The notes beneath the pieces were generated by a model. It was not told where the DNA came from, searched no databases, and worked only from the letters and a program-made list of their open reading frames with translations. Both the position numbers and the translations under genes were made by a program. A stretch of DNA of 64,000 bases. Origin: Clostridia bacterium (GTDB taxonomy: Bacteria; Bacillota; Clostridia; UBA1212; UBA1255). Shown piece by piece: positions 47,805 to 56,063 of this stretch (positions within the stretch are counted from its first letter, which is position 1; each line of letters opens with the position of its first letter). The stretch covers positions 1,236 to 65,235 of the forward strand of contig JAFZSK010000096.1 of assembly GCA_017620915.1 (NCBI GenBank). Reading direction: 5' to 3'.

Positions 47805-48875
47805 TTGACTATGGATATCAAAATCATCAAAACAAACGCGCCGAAAGCAAAACCGCAGGACCAGTCTAAACTCGGCTTCGGCAAGATCTTTACCGACCAT
47901 ATGTTCATTATGGATTACGACGAAGGTCAGGGCTGGCATGACGCGCGCATCGTACCGTACGGCCCGATCTCGCTGGATCCGTCCGCAATGATCTTCCATT
48001 ACGGCCAGGGTATTTTCGAGGGCATGAAGGCGTACCGCACGCCGGACGGACGCACGCTGCTGTTCCGTCCGCAGAAGAATTTCGAGCGCGCCAACATCTC
48101 CAACGAGCGCCTGTGCATCCCGCCGATCGACGAAGCGTTCGCGCTGGAGGCGCTGAAAGAGCTGGTGCGCGTTGACATCGACTGGGTGCCTACCAACGAA
48201 GGCACGTCGCTGTACGTGCGGCCGTTCATCATTGCCGTTGACCCGCAGCTGGGCGTGCATCCCGCGAGCCACTATCTGTTTATGATCATATTGTCCCCGG
48301 TGGGTGCATACTATCCTGAAGGGCTGAATCCGGTCAAGATCTACGTCGAAGACGACTACGTGCGCGCGGTCAAAGGCGGCATCGGTTTCGCCAAGACGCC
48401 GGGCAACTACGCCGCGTCGATCCGCGCCCAGGAAAAAGCGGCGGAGCTCCATTACACACAGGTGCTGTGGCTGGACGGCGTAGAGCGCAAGTACATCGAA
48501 GAAGTCGGTACGATGAACGTGTTCTTCGTGATCGACGGCACGGTGGTAACTCCGATGCTGAACGGCAGTATCCTGGCGGGCGTAACGCGCGATTCCTCCA
48601 TCCAGCTGCTGAAGGGCTGGGGCTACAAAGTTGAAGAGCGCCGCCTGGGGATCAAGGAAGTGTACGACGCGTACAACGCGGGCAAACTGGACGAAGTATT
48701 CGGCACCGGCACCGCGGCGGTCATTTCTCCGGTGGGCGAGCTCAACTGGGAAGGCCACATCATGACCATCAACAACGGCGAGATCGGACCGATCTCCCAG
48801 AAACTGTACAACACCATCACCGGTATCCAGTCGGGCAAACTGCCTGACTTGCTGGGCTGGACCGTGGAGGTCTGA
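47805..48875 (+). CDS. ilvE: branched-chain amino acid aminotransferase
   Basis: 356 aa. LGFGK.FTDHMF, class-IV aminotransferase motifs (E.RP..G, GG.G.AKT.GNYAAS, EE.GTMN.F). The start is either the TTG at 47805 or the ATG at 47811 (AAGGGGG RBS at 47793-47799). Confidence 0.92.
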   Translation: MTMDIKIIKTNAPKAKPQDQSKLGFGKIFTDHMFIMDYDEGQGWHDARIVPYGPISLDPSAMIFHYGQGIFEGMKAYRTPDGRTLLFRPQKNFERANISNERLCIPPIDEAFALEALKELVRVDIDWVPTNEGTSLYVRPFIIAVDPQLGVHPASHYLFMIILSPVGAYYPEGLNPVKIYVEDDYVRAVKGGIGFAKTPGNYAASIRAQEKAAELHYTQVLWLDGVERKYIEEVGTMNVFFVIDGTVVTPMLNGSILAGVTRDSSIQLLKGWGYKVEERRLGIKEVYDAYNAGKLDEVFGTGTAAVISPVGELNWEGHIMTINNGEIGPISQKLYNTITGIQSGKLPDLLGWTVEV

Positions 48876-48907
48876 GCGCAGGGACAATTGATTAATTGAT
48901 CAATAAC

Positions 48908-48956
48908 AGGCTGTCTGAAAACTGCCGCGGCAGGCTATTGGACAGCCTCTTTTTTT
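48908..48956 (+). terminator. rho-independent terminator after ilvE
   Basis: Stem AGGCTGTC (48908-48915) / GACAGCCT (48941-48948) with an inner CTGCCG/CGGCAG helix, followed by CTTTTTTT. Confidence 0.75.
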
Positions 48957-49007
48957 GCTCGCTAACGGCTGTTTTCTGTGATATAATTGCCGCAGGGAGT
49001 GATGACG

Positions 49008-49727
49008 ATGCTGTTCTTCTTTTTACGCCACGCAGATCCGGATTACGAACACGATTCACTGACGCCCCGAGGATTCAGGCAGGCGGAGGCGCTGGCCAAA
49101 CGGCTGGCGGTGTACGGTCTGAATGAGGTGTATACGTCAAGTCTGAACCGGGCGGTATTGACCGCGAAACCTACGTGCGAGCTGCTGGGATTGACGCCGG
49201 TATTGTGCGACTGGGCGCGCGAAGATCACCCGTGGCGCGAACTGACCGTACCGCGGGAGGGCGGCGGGATCACCTGGCCGTTTTTCACCGCGAAATACAA
49301 CCGGCTGTTCAACGATTCGGAGGTGCTCGCGCTGGGCCGAAACTGGGCGGATTCGCCGCTGTTCGCGGACACGACGTTCAAGCAGAGTTACGAACATACG
49401 CAGCGGGAAGCGGACGCTTTCTTCCTGTCCCTAGGCTATCGCCACGATCCCGCGCGCGGAATATACATACCTGAGAAGGAGAACGGAAAGCGCGTCGCGC
49501 TGTTCGCGCACCAGGGCTTCGGCATGATCTTCCTGAGCTGCGTGCTGGATATACCGTTCCCGCTGTTCAGCTCCCACTTCGACCTGAGCCACAGCAGCAT
49601 GACGGTGCTGGAATTCAGCCCCAACAGCGAAGGCGTCGTCATTCCCAAAGTGCTGATGCTTTCCAACGACAGCCATCTGTATAAGGAAGGGCTGCCTACG
49701 TGGTACCAAAACGTTATCAAGATATAG
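49008..49727 (+). CDS. histidine phosphatase (phosphoglycerate-mutase-like) family protein
   Basis: From MLFFFLRHADPDY (RHG-type catalytic motif LRHA) with AGGGAG 8 nt upstream. A second catalytic His context follows (LFAHQGFG). Confidence 0.8.
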   Translation: MLFFFLRHADPDYEHDSLTPRGFRQAEALAKRLAVYGLNEVYTSSLNRAVLTAKPTCELLGLTPVLCDWAREDHPWRELTVPREGGGITWPFFTAKYNRLFNDSEVLALGRNWADSPLFADTTFKQSYEHTQREADAFFLSLGYRHDPARGIYIPEKENGKRVALFAHQGFGMIFLSCVLDIPFPLFSSHFDLSHSSMTVLEFSPNSEGVVIPKVLMLSNDSHLYKEGLPTWYQNVIKI

Positions 49728-49889
49728 AATTAATTAAGTCTCTGGATAGAATTGAGAATTAAGTATTGACCTTGGTGGTATAATATTATGAGCGGGCAAG
49801 GCTCGCAAAGTATAATAAACCGGGCGGAGCGGCGGTCTGTGCGGCAATAACAGGCTGTGCTTCGCTGCAATAAAAGGAAGGATTATCAA

Positions 49890-51884
49890 ATGTCAAAAAA
49901 ACAGTTCAAGACCGAATCGAAAAAACTGCTGGATATGATGATCAACTCCATCTATACCCACAAAGAGATTTTTTTGAGGGAACTGATCTCCAACGCCAGC
50001 GACGCAATTGACAAACTGTATTTCCGGTCATTGACGGACAGCAGCATCACGCTGAACCGTGCGGATTATGAGATCCGCATCGTACCCGACACCGCCACGC
50101 GCACGCTGGAGATCCGGGACAACGGCATCGGCATGACAAAAGAAGAACTCGAGAACAATCTGGGCACCATTGCCCGCAGCGGTTCGTTCGAGTTCAAGCG
50201 TGCGGACAACGCTGCCGGCAGCGCTGTTGACCCCGCGTCAAACACGGATCCCGACATTGACATCATCGGTCAATTCGGCGTGGGCTTCTACTCCTCGTTC
50301 ATGGTGAGCGACCTGGTGACGGTGGAGAGCCGCGCCTGGGGCGCCGATGAAGCGTACATGTGGAAATCTTCCGGCACCGACGGCTACACCGTGGAGCCCT
50401 GCGACAAGAGCGACGCCGGAACCGTGGTCACTCTGCATCTGAAGCCGGATGCTGAAGACGAGAACTACAGCGAATTCCTGGACGAATGGAAACTCAAGGA
50501 ACTGGTCAAAAAATACAGCGACTACATCCGCTACCCGATCCGCATGGAAGTGACCAAGTCGCGCAGGAAGGCGGACAGCCCCGAGGACAAACCAGAATAC
50601 GAAAGCTACCGCGAGGACGAGACTCTGAATACGATGGTGCCCATCTGGAAACGGCCGCAGGACCAGGTCACGGACGAGGAGTACGCGGACTTCTACCGCA
50701 ATAAGTTCTACGACTACGAAGCGCCGCTCAAGGTGATCCGCCAGAAGACCGAAGGCATGTCCAGCTTTGAAGCGCTGCTGTTTATCCCGGCCCGGGCGCC
50801 CTTCGATTACTACAGCCGCGAGTACGAAAAAGGCCTGCAGCTCTATTCCAGCGGCGTGATGATCATGGAGAAGTGCAAGGAGCTGATCCCGGATTACTTC
50901 AGTTTCGTGCGGGGGCTCGTGGACAGCGCCGATCTGTCGCTGAACATCTCCCGGGAAATGCTGCAGCACGACCGCCAGCTGAAAGTGATCGGCCGCGCGG
51001 TGGAGAAAAAGATCGCTTCCGAGCTGACCAAAATGCTGGAGAACGACCGCGAGAAATACGAGCAGTTCTTCAAGGCGTTCGGACGGCAGCTCAAGTACGG
51101 GCTGTACATGGATTACGGCGCGCACAAAGACGTGCTGCAGGATCTGCTGCTGTTCAAGTCGTCGTATGAAGCGGAAGCAGTTGACAACGCCGGATCCGGG
51201 GAGGACGATAACGCGGAGAGTACGCCGGCGTACGTTCCGAAATTGACCACGCTCAAAGAATACACCGCGCGCATGAAAGAAGACCAGAAAAAGATCTACT
51301 ACGCCGCGGGCGAGAGCGAGAACCAGATCAAACTGCTGCCGCAGGTGGAATCGGTGCTGGCACACGGGTTCGAAGTACTGTATCTGACCGAAGATGTGGA
51401 CGAATTCGCGCTGCAGATGCTGCGTACGTACGCGGACAAGGAGTTTCTGAACGTGCAGCGGGACGAGCTGGATATCGCCACCGAGGAAGAGAAAGAAAGC
51501 GTCAAGAAAGAGAACGAACAGAGCGCGGACCTGTTGAACTTCATGAAGGACTCGCTCGGGGACGCGGTCAACGCGGTGCGCTTTACCAACACCCTCAATC
51601 AGCATCCGGTCAGCCTGTCCAGCGAAGGCATGCTGTCAATGGGCATGGAAAAGACGCTCAAACAGATGCCCGGCGCTGAAGAGGGCGGCGTGAAGGCGCA
51701 GCTGGTGCTGGAGATCAACCTCGACCATCCGCTGGCCGGCCGGCTCAAGGAACTGTACGGCGCGGACAACGACAAGCTGGCCCGCTACACCAAGATCCTC
51801 TACGCCCAGGCGCGGCTCATCAGCGGCCTCTCCCTGGACAATCCCGCCGAGATCGGCGATATGGTCGCTGACCTGATGCTGTAA
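49890..51884 (+). CDS. htpG: molecular chaperone HtpG (Hsp90)
   Basis: 664 aa from MSKKQFKTESKKLLDMMINSIYT.KEIFLRELISNASDA.DKL (GHKL ATPase N-terminus). IGQFGVGFYS. The tracked ORF's 11-codon extension lacks an RBS. Confidence 0.96.
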   Translation: MSKKQFKTESKKLLDMMINSIYTHKEIFLRELISNASDAIDKLYFRSLTDSSITLNRADYEIRIVPDTATRTLEIRDNGIGMTKEELENNLGTIARSGSFEFKRADNAAGSAVDPASNTDPDIDIIGQFGVGFYSSFMVSDLVTVESRAWGADEAYMWKSSGTDGYTVEPCDKSDAGTVVTLHLKPDAEDENYSEFLDEWKLKELVKKYSDYIRYPIRMEVTKSRRKADSPEDKPEYESYREDETLNTMVPIWKRPQDQVTDEEYADFYRNKFYDYEAPLKVIRQKTEGMSSFEALLFIPARAPFDYYSREYEKGLQLYSSGVMIMEKCKELIPDYFSFVRGLVDSADLSLNISREMLQHDRQLKVIGRAVEKKIASELTKMLENDREKYEQFFKAFGRQLKYGLYMDYGAHKDVLQDLLLFKSSYEAEAVDNAGSGEDDNAESTPAYVPKLTTLKEYTARMKEDQKKIYYAAGESENQIKLLPQVESVLAHGFEVLYLTEDVDEFALQMLRTYADKEFLNVQRDELDIATEEEKESVKKENEQSADLLNFMKDSLGDAVNAVRFTNTLNQHPVSLSSEGMLSMGMEKTLKQMPGAEEGGVKAQLVLEINLDHPLAGRLKELYGADNDKLARYTKILYAQARLISGLSLDNPAEIGDMVADLML

Positions 51885-51910
51885 TGTAGATCTGACTTAA
51901 CACAAAAAAA

Positions 51911-51941
51911 CGCCCCGGCCGGCCGAAACAGCACCGGGGCG
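51911..51941. terminator. bidirectional rho-independent terminator between htpG and the convergent lipoprotein gene
   Basis: Stem CGCCCCGG (51911-51918) / CCGGGGCG (51934-51941), flanked by AAAAAAA upstream and CTTATTTAT downstream. Confidence 0.75.
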
Positions 51942-51955
51942 CTTATTTATGCCCA

Positions 51956-54268
51956 CTATTTATTTTCAATAAGCAAGCCCAGCGCGCAGCGCACGGCGGT
52001 GAATACTTCTTCGTCGGTGGTGTATTGACCCAGCGACGTGGTGATCTGCTTGATGATCAATTCCAGTTTCTCAGAGCCGTAAAGCTGCTCAAACAGCGTA
52101 AGATACTCGAAATCCTCGATACCGTCGCGGATGCACTCGAGCCGCAGCGAACCGACCGGCTCCTCCACACCGATATAATGGCCCGAATAGACCAGCACGC
52201 CGTTGCCGTATATGTCGTAGGGAGTTGCCCCCGTCGCCACCTCGTGCTTTGAATTCCAGCCGAAATCCGGATTGCCCTTGGCGTCAGTGGAAGGATACCA
52301 GTCATTTACCAGGTAGTACAGGAAATTGTCCACATTATATAACTTCTGCTGCCAGAACAGGATCCGGCAGCGCACCGCCTGAGTCTCGATGGAGATGGTG
52401 ATCTCCGGAGACTGGGGGTACCGTGTTACATACCACCAGACGTCGTCGCCTTCGGCCTGTTGCTTCGCCATGCGCTCCGGGAAGGTCCCCAGCTGTTTCT
52501 CGATGGCGCTTCCGACGCGGTAGGTGAGAGTCGGATCCCGCCGGAAATCGTCAAGTGTGTTGTAGAAGAACGTGTGCGGACACCAGGAATTCACGTATTC
52601 GCTCACGTATTCAAAGAAGTCGGTCTTGCTTTCCGGGTCCAGGGCCATGTCGTAGTGCATCGGGACAATATAGTGATACCCGGGGAAGTAGGTGGCAAAC
52701 AATTCGCCCTCGGAATTGACCTGGTTGAGTGCCTCCATAGACAGGGGCTCGTCAACGTGATAGAAGTAGGCTTTGTTCAGCCATTCCGGGTTCTGGGACA
52801 AATAATTATACGCCGACTTGACGTTCTCTGCCGTGGGGTCAACTTTCCATCCCAGCGGGTTGAAAGCCACAACTCGCGGATTCGCCACATATTCCTGCAG
52901 GATCGGGTCTTCATACGCGCCGCCGTCGCTGTAGGGGAGAGTGTACGCGCACACCCGGTTCTCCAGCAGAAGGTCGTAATACTTTCTGTACATCACACCT
53001 TCGTCGCCCTCGTACAGCTCGTGGTTCACGTACACCGCCCACCAGGACAGATCCATCTGGGTCTTGCATGTGGTCGCCTCCGGGAGCGCGAAATCGTACA
53101 CGTACGCGTAAACTTTCGCTTTCTTCAGTTCGCGTCCTTCGGCGTCAATTATTGTGAGCTCGGCGGTATAATCTCCGGCGGTGCTTGATTCTTCGGTGAA
53201 CAATTTGATGATGAACAGCTGGCTCCGGTCCGCCTTAAGCGAGAACGGCGCGTCCAGCCGGGGTATCGGGTCAACGATAGATTTACCCTGCACGTCGTCG
53301 AAATAACTGCCGTAGTAGAGTTCGGTGCGAAGCGTTTCTCCTTTGGAGTTCGCGAAATCAGTGATCCGGGCGGTCAGCCCCTCCCGGTCCGTTTGGGACG
53401 CCAGCAGGAACTGGCAGTCTTCGATCTCGTTTTTAGCCAGGTACATCTTATATGTGTTGCGGCCGGTAGACGCGGTGGACTCGGCGGGAGTTTTGGTATA
53501 TGTGTGGTCAAACCACAGTTCCAGCGTACTGTCTTCATTGGCCGCGGTCAATTTCGTATTGTCCGGCCCGGTCAACGCCACGGTCTTCAGCAACGCTTCT
53601 GCTTCTTTCTGCTGCTTGTTCGTGAGCAGGTGCGGATCCGGCTCGCTGTGTGCTTTCATGAAGTCGGCCACATCTGCCGAGTCCTTCAGAAACGTCAACG
53701 ACGCTATATGCACCTTTTCGCCGCCCTGCAGTGCCGTACGCATAAAGTCGAAGCGAAAACCGTGCACCGTGCCGGAGAAATCTTCGCCGGACAGGTCGAA
53801 GATAAGATATTGCCAGCCGCTCTCAGTGTTGTCAAACAGCGCCACCCGGCTGTGTCCCGCCTGCGCACCGGCAACCGCGCCCGCCGCGAAGAACAGTTCA
53901 AACTCCGAATTCGTGCATTTTTCCTGCTTCAGCTTCAGTACGATGTATTTGTAGTCGTCGCCGGATACCGGTTCGAAACCCAGCGAACGCACATATTCCT
54001 CATACGCGAACCAGATGAACGGATCCTCCGTAGCGTCGGTGGTCTCCAGCACTACGGTATGGCCCTCTTTGCGGTCCTTTCCGGCGTACGCCTTGCAGCC
54101 GTTCGGGCCGGTGAAGTATTTGACGATCTGCTCGCCGTCCGCGTGGACTTTGTCCGGCGACGTGGTCTTGCCGCCGCGGCACGCGGTCAATGCCGCCGCC
54201 ATTGCGATCACCAGCGTCAATACCGCCGCGATCAATATTCTCGTTGTCGATCTGCTTCGCCTGTACAT
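51956..54268 (-). CDS. DUF4091-like (GH123-related) putative glycoside-hydrolase lipoprotein
   Basis: 770 aa. Signal peptide with lipobox (AAALTAC). The C-terminal region (YGNGVLVYSG...VGSLRLECIRDGIEDFEYL) matches my recollection of DUF4091. The family call is from memory. Confidence 0.7.
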   Translation of the reverse strand: MYRRSRSTTRILIAAVLTLVIAMAAALTACRGGKTTSPDKVHADGEQIVKYFTGPNGCKAYAGKDRKEGHTVVLETTDATEDPFIWFAYEEYVRSLGFEPVSGDDYKYIVLKLKQEKCTNSEFELFFAAGAVAGAQAGHSRVALFDNTESGWQYLIFDLSGEDFSGTVHGFRFDFMRTALQGGEKVHIASLTFLKDSADVADFMKAHSEPDPHLLTNKQQKEAEALLKTVALTGPDNTKLTAANEDSTLELWFDHTYTKTPAESTASTGRNTYKMYLAKNEIEDCQFLLASQTDREGLTARITDFANSKGETLRTELYYGSYFDDVQGKSIVDPIPRLDAPFSLKADRSQLFIIKLFTEESSTAGDYTAELTIIDAEGRELKKAKVYAYVYDFALPEATTCKTQMDLSWWAVYVNHELYEGDEGVMYRKYYDLLLENRVCAYTLPYSDGGAYEDPILQEYVANPRVVAFNPLGWKVDPTAENVKSAYNYLSQNPEWLNKAYFYHVDEPLSMEALNQVNSEGELFATYFPGYHYIVPMHYDMALDPESKTDFFEYVSEYVNSWCPHTFFYNTLDDFRRDPTLTYRVGSAIEKQLGTFPERMAKQQAEGDDVWWYVTRYPQSPEITISIETQAVRCRILFWQQKLYNVDNFLYYLVNDWYPSTDAKGNPDFGWNSKHEVATGATPYDIYGNGVLVYSGHYIGVEEPVGSLRLECIRDGIEDFEYLTLFEQLYGSEKLELIIKQITTSLGQYTTDEEVFTAVRCALGLLIENK

Positions 54269-54305
54269 AATTTGCGCCTCGCTCGCTCTGATCTGTTGTA
54301 CTGCT

Positions 54306-54335
54306 ATTATATACCGCGGGCGGAGACAATGGCAA
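54306..54335 (-). promoter_or_regulatory. candidate sigma-70 promoter for the DUF4091 lipoprotein gene
   Basis: The minus strand reads TTGCCA (54330-54335), an 18-nt spacer, then TATAAT (54306-54311). GAGG RBS in the roughly 30-nt leader. Confidence 0.5.
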
Positions 54336-54340
54336 ATTTC

Positions 54341-54398
54341 AGTTTTAAGTTATAAGTTTTAAGTTTTAAGTTATGGTTTTAAGTTTTAAGTTTTAAGT
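54341..54398. repeat. heptanucleotide tandem array (about 8 units AGTTTTA / AGTTATA)
   Basis: AGTTTTA AGTTATA AGTTTTA AGTTTTA AGTTATG GTTTTA AGTTTTA AGTTTTA AGTGG. It directly abuts the -35 of the minus-strand promoter. Confidence 0.9.
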
Positions 54399-54436
54399 GG
54401 CCCGGCCGGCTGCATCTGTGAACTGCGTAAACAGCA

Positions 54437-54482
54437 AAAAGTAAGACACTTTCACTCGTTTGAGCAAGTTTGTCTTACTTTT
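54437..54482. other. 12-bp perfect-stem hairpin in the divergent intergenic region
   Basis: AAAAGTAAGACA (54437-54448) / TGTCTTACTTTT (54471-54482) with a 22-nt loop. It lies about 40 bp upstream of the -35 of the MFS promoter. No CDS ends here, so it is not an obvious terminator. Confidence 0.7.
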
Positions 54483-54522
54483 AAGTAATAACGGGTATTA
54501 AACGGCATCTATACCATGCTAC

Positions 54523-54551
54523 TTGAATATCAATGCGGATGATCTTATAAT
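54523..54551 (+). promoter_or_regulatory. sigma-70-type promoter for the MFS transporter gene
   Basis: TTGAAT (54523-54528), a 17-nt spacer, then TATAAT (54546-54551). Confidence 0.6.
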
Positions 54552-54607
54552 AACGCAGAAAAAGTTAAGGCAAAGCTTTAACGGTCAAATATTGGGAAAG
54601 CACCAGG

Positions 54608-55924
54608 TTGCTGATCACAGAAACTATGCAGGATATTACAGACAAATACACAAGCAAAGAATACAAACTGTCCCGCCGCGCGTACATTACCGAATGCATG
54701 TTCGAGTATCTGGTGGCGCTGCTGGTGGCCGATGCGTTTATCGCGAAGCTGCTCAAGTATCTCGGCGCGAGCGATGCGCTGTGCGGCGTGATCTCATCGC
54801 TGATCTCATTGTCGTTCCTGTTTCAGATCTTCTCGGTCCTGGTAATGGGCCGGATCCGCAATATGAAAAAGACCGCGATCATTTTTCACGCGGCAGCGCA
54901 GTTTTTGTTTTCCTGCCTGTATCTGATACCGTTTCTGCGGGCGGACAACGGGGCGCGGCGCGGCATATTCATTGCCTGCATATTGTGCGCATATTTCGGC
55001 AACTACTTCGTGACCACGCTGATATACAAGTGGGGCAATACGTTCGTTGACCCCCACCGGCGCGCCAGCTTTTCTTCGCTGAAAGAGATGGTATCGCTGT
55101 TCACCGGCATGATCGTTTCGCTGGCGCTCGGCTACGCCATCGATCAGATGGACAAAAGCGGCGATCTGACGCGCGGCTTTCTGCTGTCGTCAATATGCAT
55201 GTTCATTTTCTGCGCCGCCGACCTGATCTGCCTGCTCCTGATCAAAAACGACAAAAAGACCGAAACGGAAACAGTGCCGCCGCCGAAACTGTCCGAGATC
55301 ATGCGCAATACTTTCGGGAACCGCAACTACGTCAAAACCGTTATCCTCAAATGCCTGTGGTGGGGCGGAGTCTACACTACGATCGGCTTCCTGGGCACAT
55401 ACAAGCAGGAGGAGCTGTTTTACACCCTGGCGCAGATACAGATAATAAACATAATCGCCTGCGGCTGCCGGTTCGCGATCTCGAAGCTGTTCGGCCGGTT
55501 CTCGGACAAGCACGGTTTCGTGCGCGGCATCCAGCTGGCGCTTACTATTCTCGCTGCCGCGTTTACGGTCAACATGTTCACGGCGCCGAACACCCGGTGG
55601 CTGATCATCGTTTTCGTCGTGCTGTACAACATCAGCCAGGCCGGCACGTATCAGAACATGATCAATATAACATACGCGTTTGTTGACGTCAGGTATTTCG
55701 TGCAGGCCGCCGCGCTGAAGGACTGCATTGCCGGTGTGTTCGGCTTTCTGTGCGCGCTCGGCTCGGGCAGGCTGCTGGCCGCGATACAGGCAAACGGCAA
55801 TAAACTGTTCGGCATTCCGGTATACGCGCAGCAGGTGCAGTCGGCAATATCGCTGCTGTTCGTCATTGCCGCGTTCCTGTTCGCGCAGTTTGCGCTGTCG
55901 CACGAGAAAACGATGCTGCAATAA
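54608..55924 (+). CDS. MFS-type transporter (12-TM)
   Basis: 438 aa, with about 12 hydrophobic helices in a 6+6 arrangement and a central charged loop (IKNDKKTETETVPPPK). TTG start at 54608 with GGGAAAG upstream. An alternative ATG at 54626 lacks an RBS. Substrate unknown. Confidence 0.75.
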   Translation: MLITETMQDITDKYTSKEYKLSRRAYITECMFEYLVALLVADAFIAKLLKYLGASDALCGVISSLISLSFLFQIFSVLVMGRIRNMKKTAIIFHAAAQFLFSCLYLIPFLRADNGARRGIFIACILCAYFGNYFVTTLIYKWGNTFVDPHRRASFSSLKEMVSLFTGMIVSLALGYAIDQMDKSGDLTRGFLLSSICMFIFCAADLICLLLIKNDKKTETETVPPPKLSEIMRNTFGNRNYVKTVILKCLWWGGVYTTIGFLGTYKQEELFYTLAQIQIINIIACGCRFAISKLFGRFSDKHGFVRGIQLALTILAAAFTVNMFTAPNTRWLIIVFVVLYNISQAGTYQNMINITYAFVDVRYFVQAAALKDCIAGVFGFLCALGSGRLLAAIQANGNKLFGIPVYAQQVQSAISLLFVIAAFLFAQFALSHEKTMLQ

Positions 55925-55926
55925 AA

Positions 55927-56003
55927 AAGTGATAAGTTATAAGTGATAAGTTATAAGTTATAACTCGGAACTTGAAACTTAAAACTTGAAACTTATCACT
56001 TGA
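55927..56003. repeat. 11 in-phase heptamers forming an imperfect 77-nt palindrome (5x AAGTKAT, centre AACTCGG, 5x AACTTRA-like)
   Basis: AAGTGAT AAGTTAT AAGTGAT AAGTTAT AAGTTAT AACTCGG AACTTGA AACTTAA AACTTGA AACTTAT CACTTGA. The outer 12 nt pair perfectly (AAGTGATAAGTT / AACTTATCACTT). It starts 3 nt after the MFS stop codon. Confidence 0.9.
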
Positions 56004-56063
56004 AATTTGCCCCTGTTTTGTGTTACATTGACAGCCGAATAATACTGAGTGGAGAGCGTGTTC

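Noticed and set aside
49752-49790. An AGAATTnnGAATT-like motif upstream of htpG that resembles two sites upstream of the TraX gene (60269-60286, 60303-60317). I also looked for CIRCE and CtsR operators here.
   Set aside because: The similarity is 14 of 18 positions in A/T-rich DNA and could be chance. No TTAGCACTC-N9-GAGTGCTAA (CIRCE) or GGTCAAA direct repeat (CtsR) is present. This is not enough support for a regulatory call.
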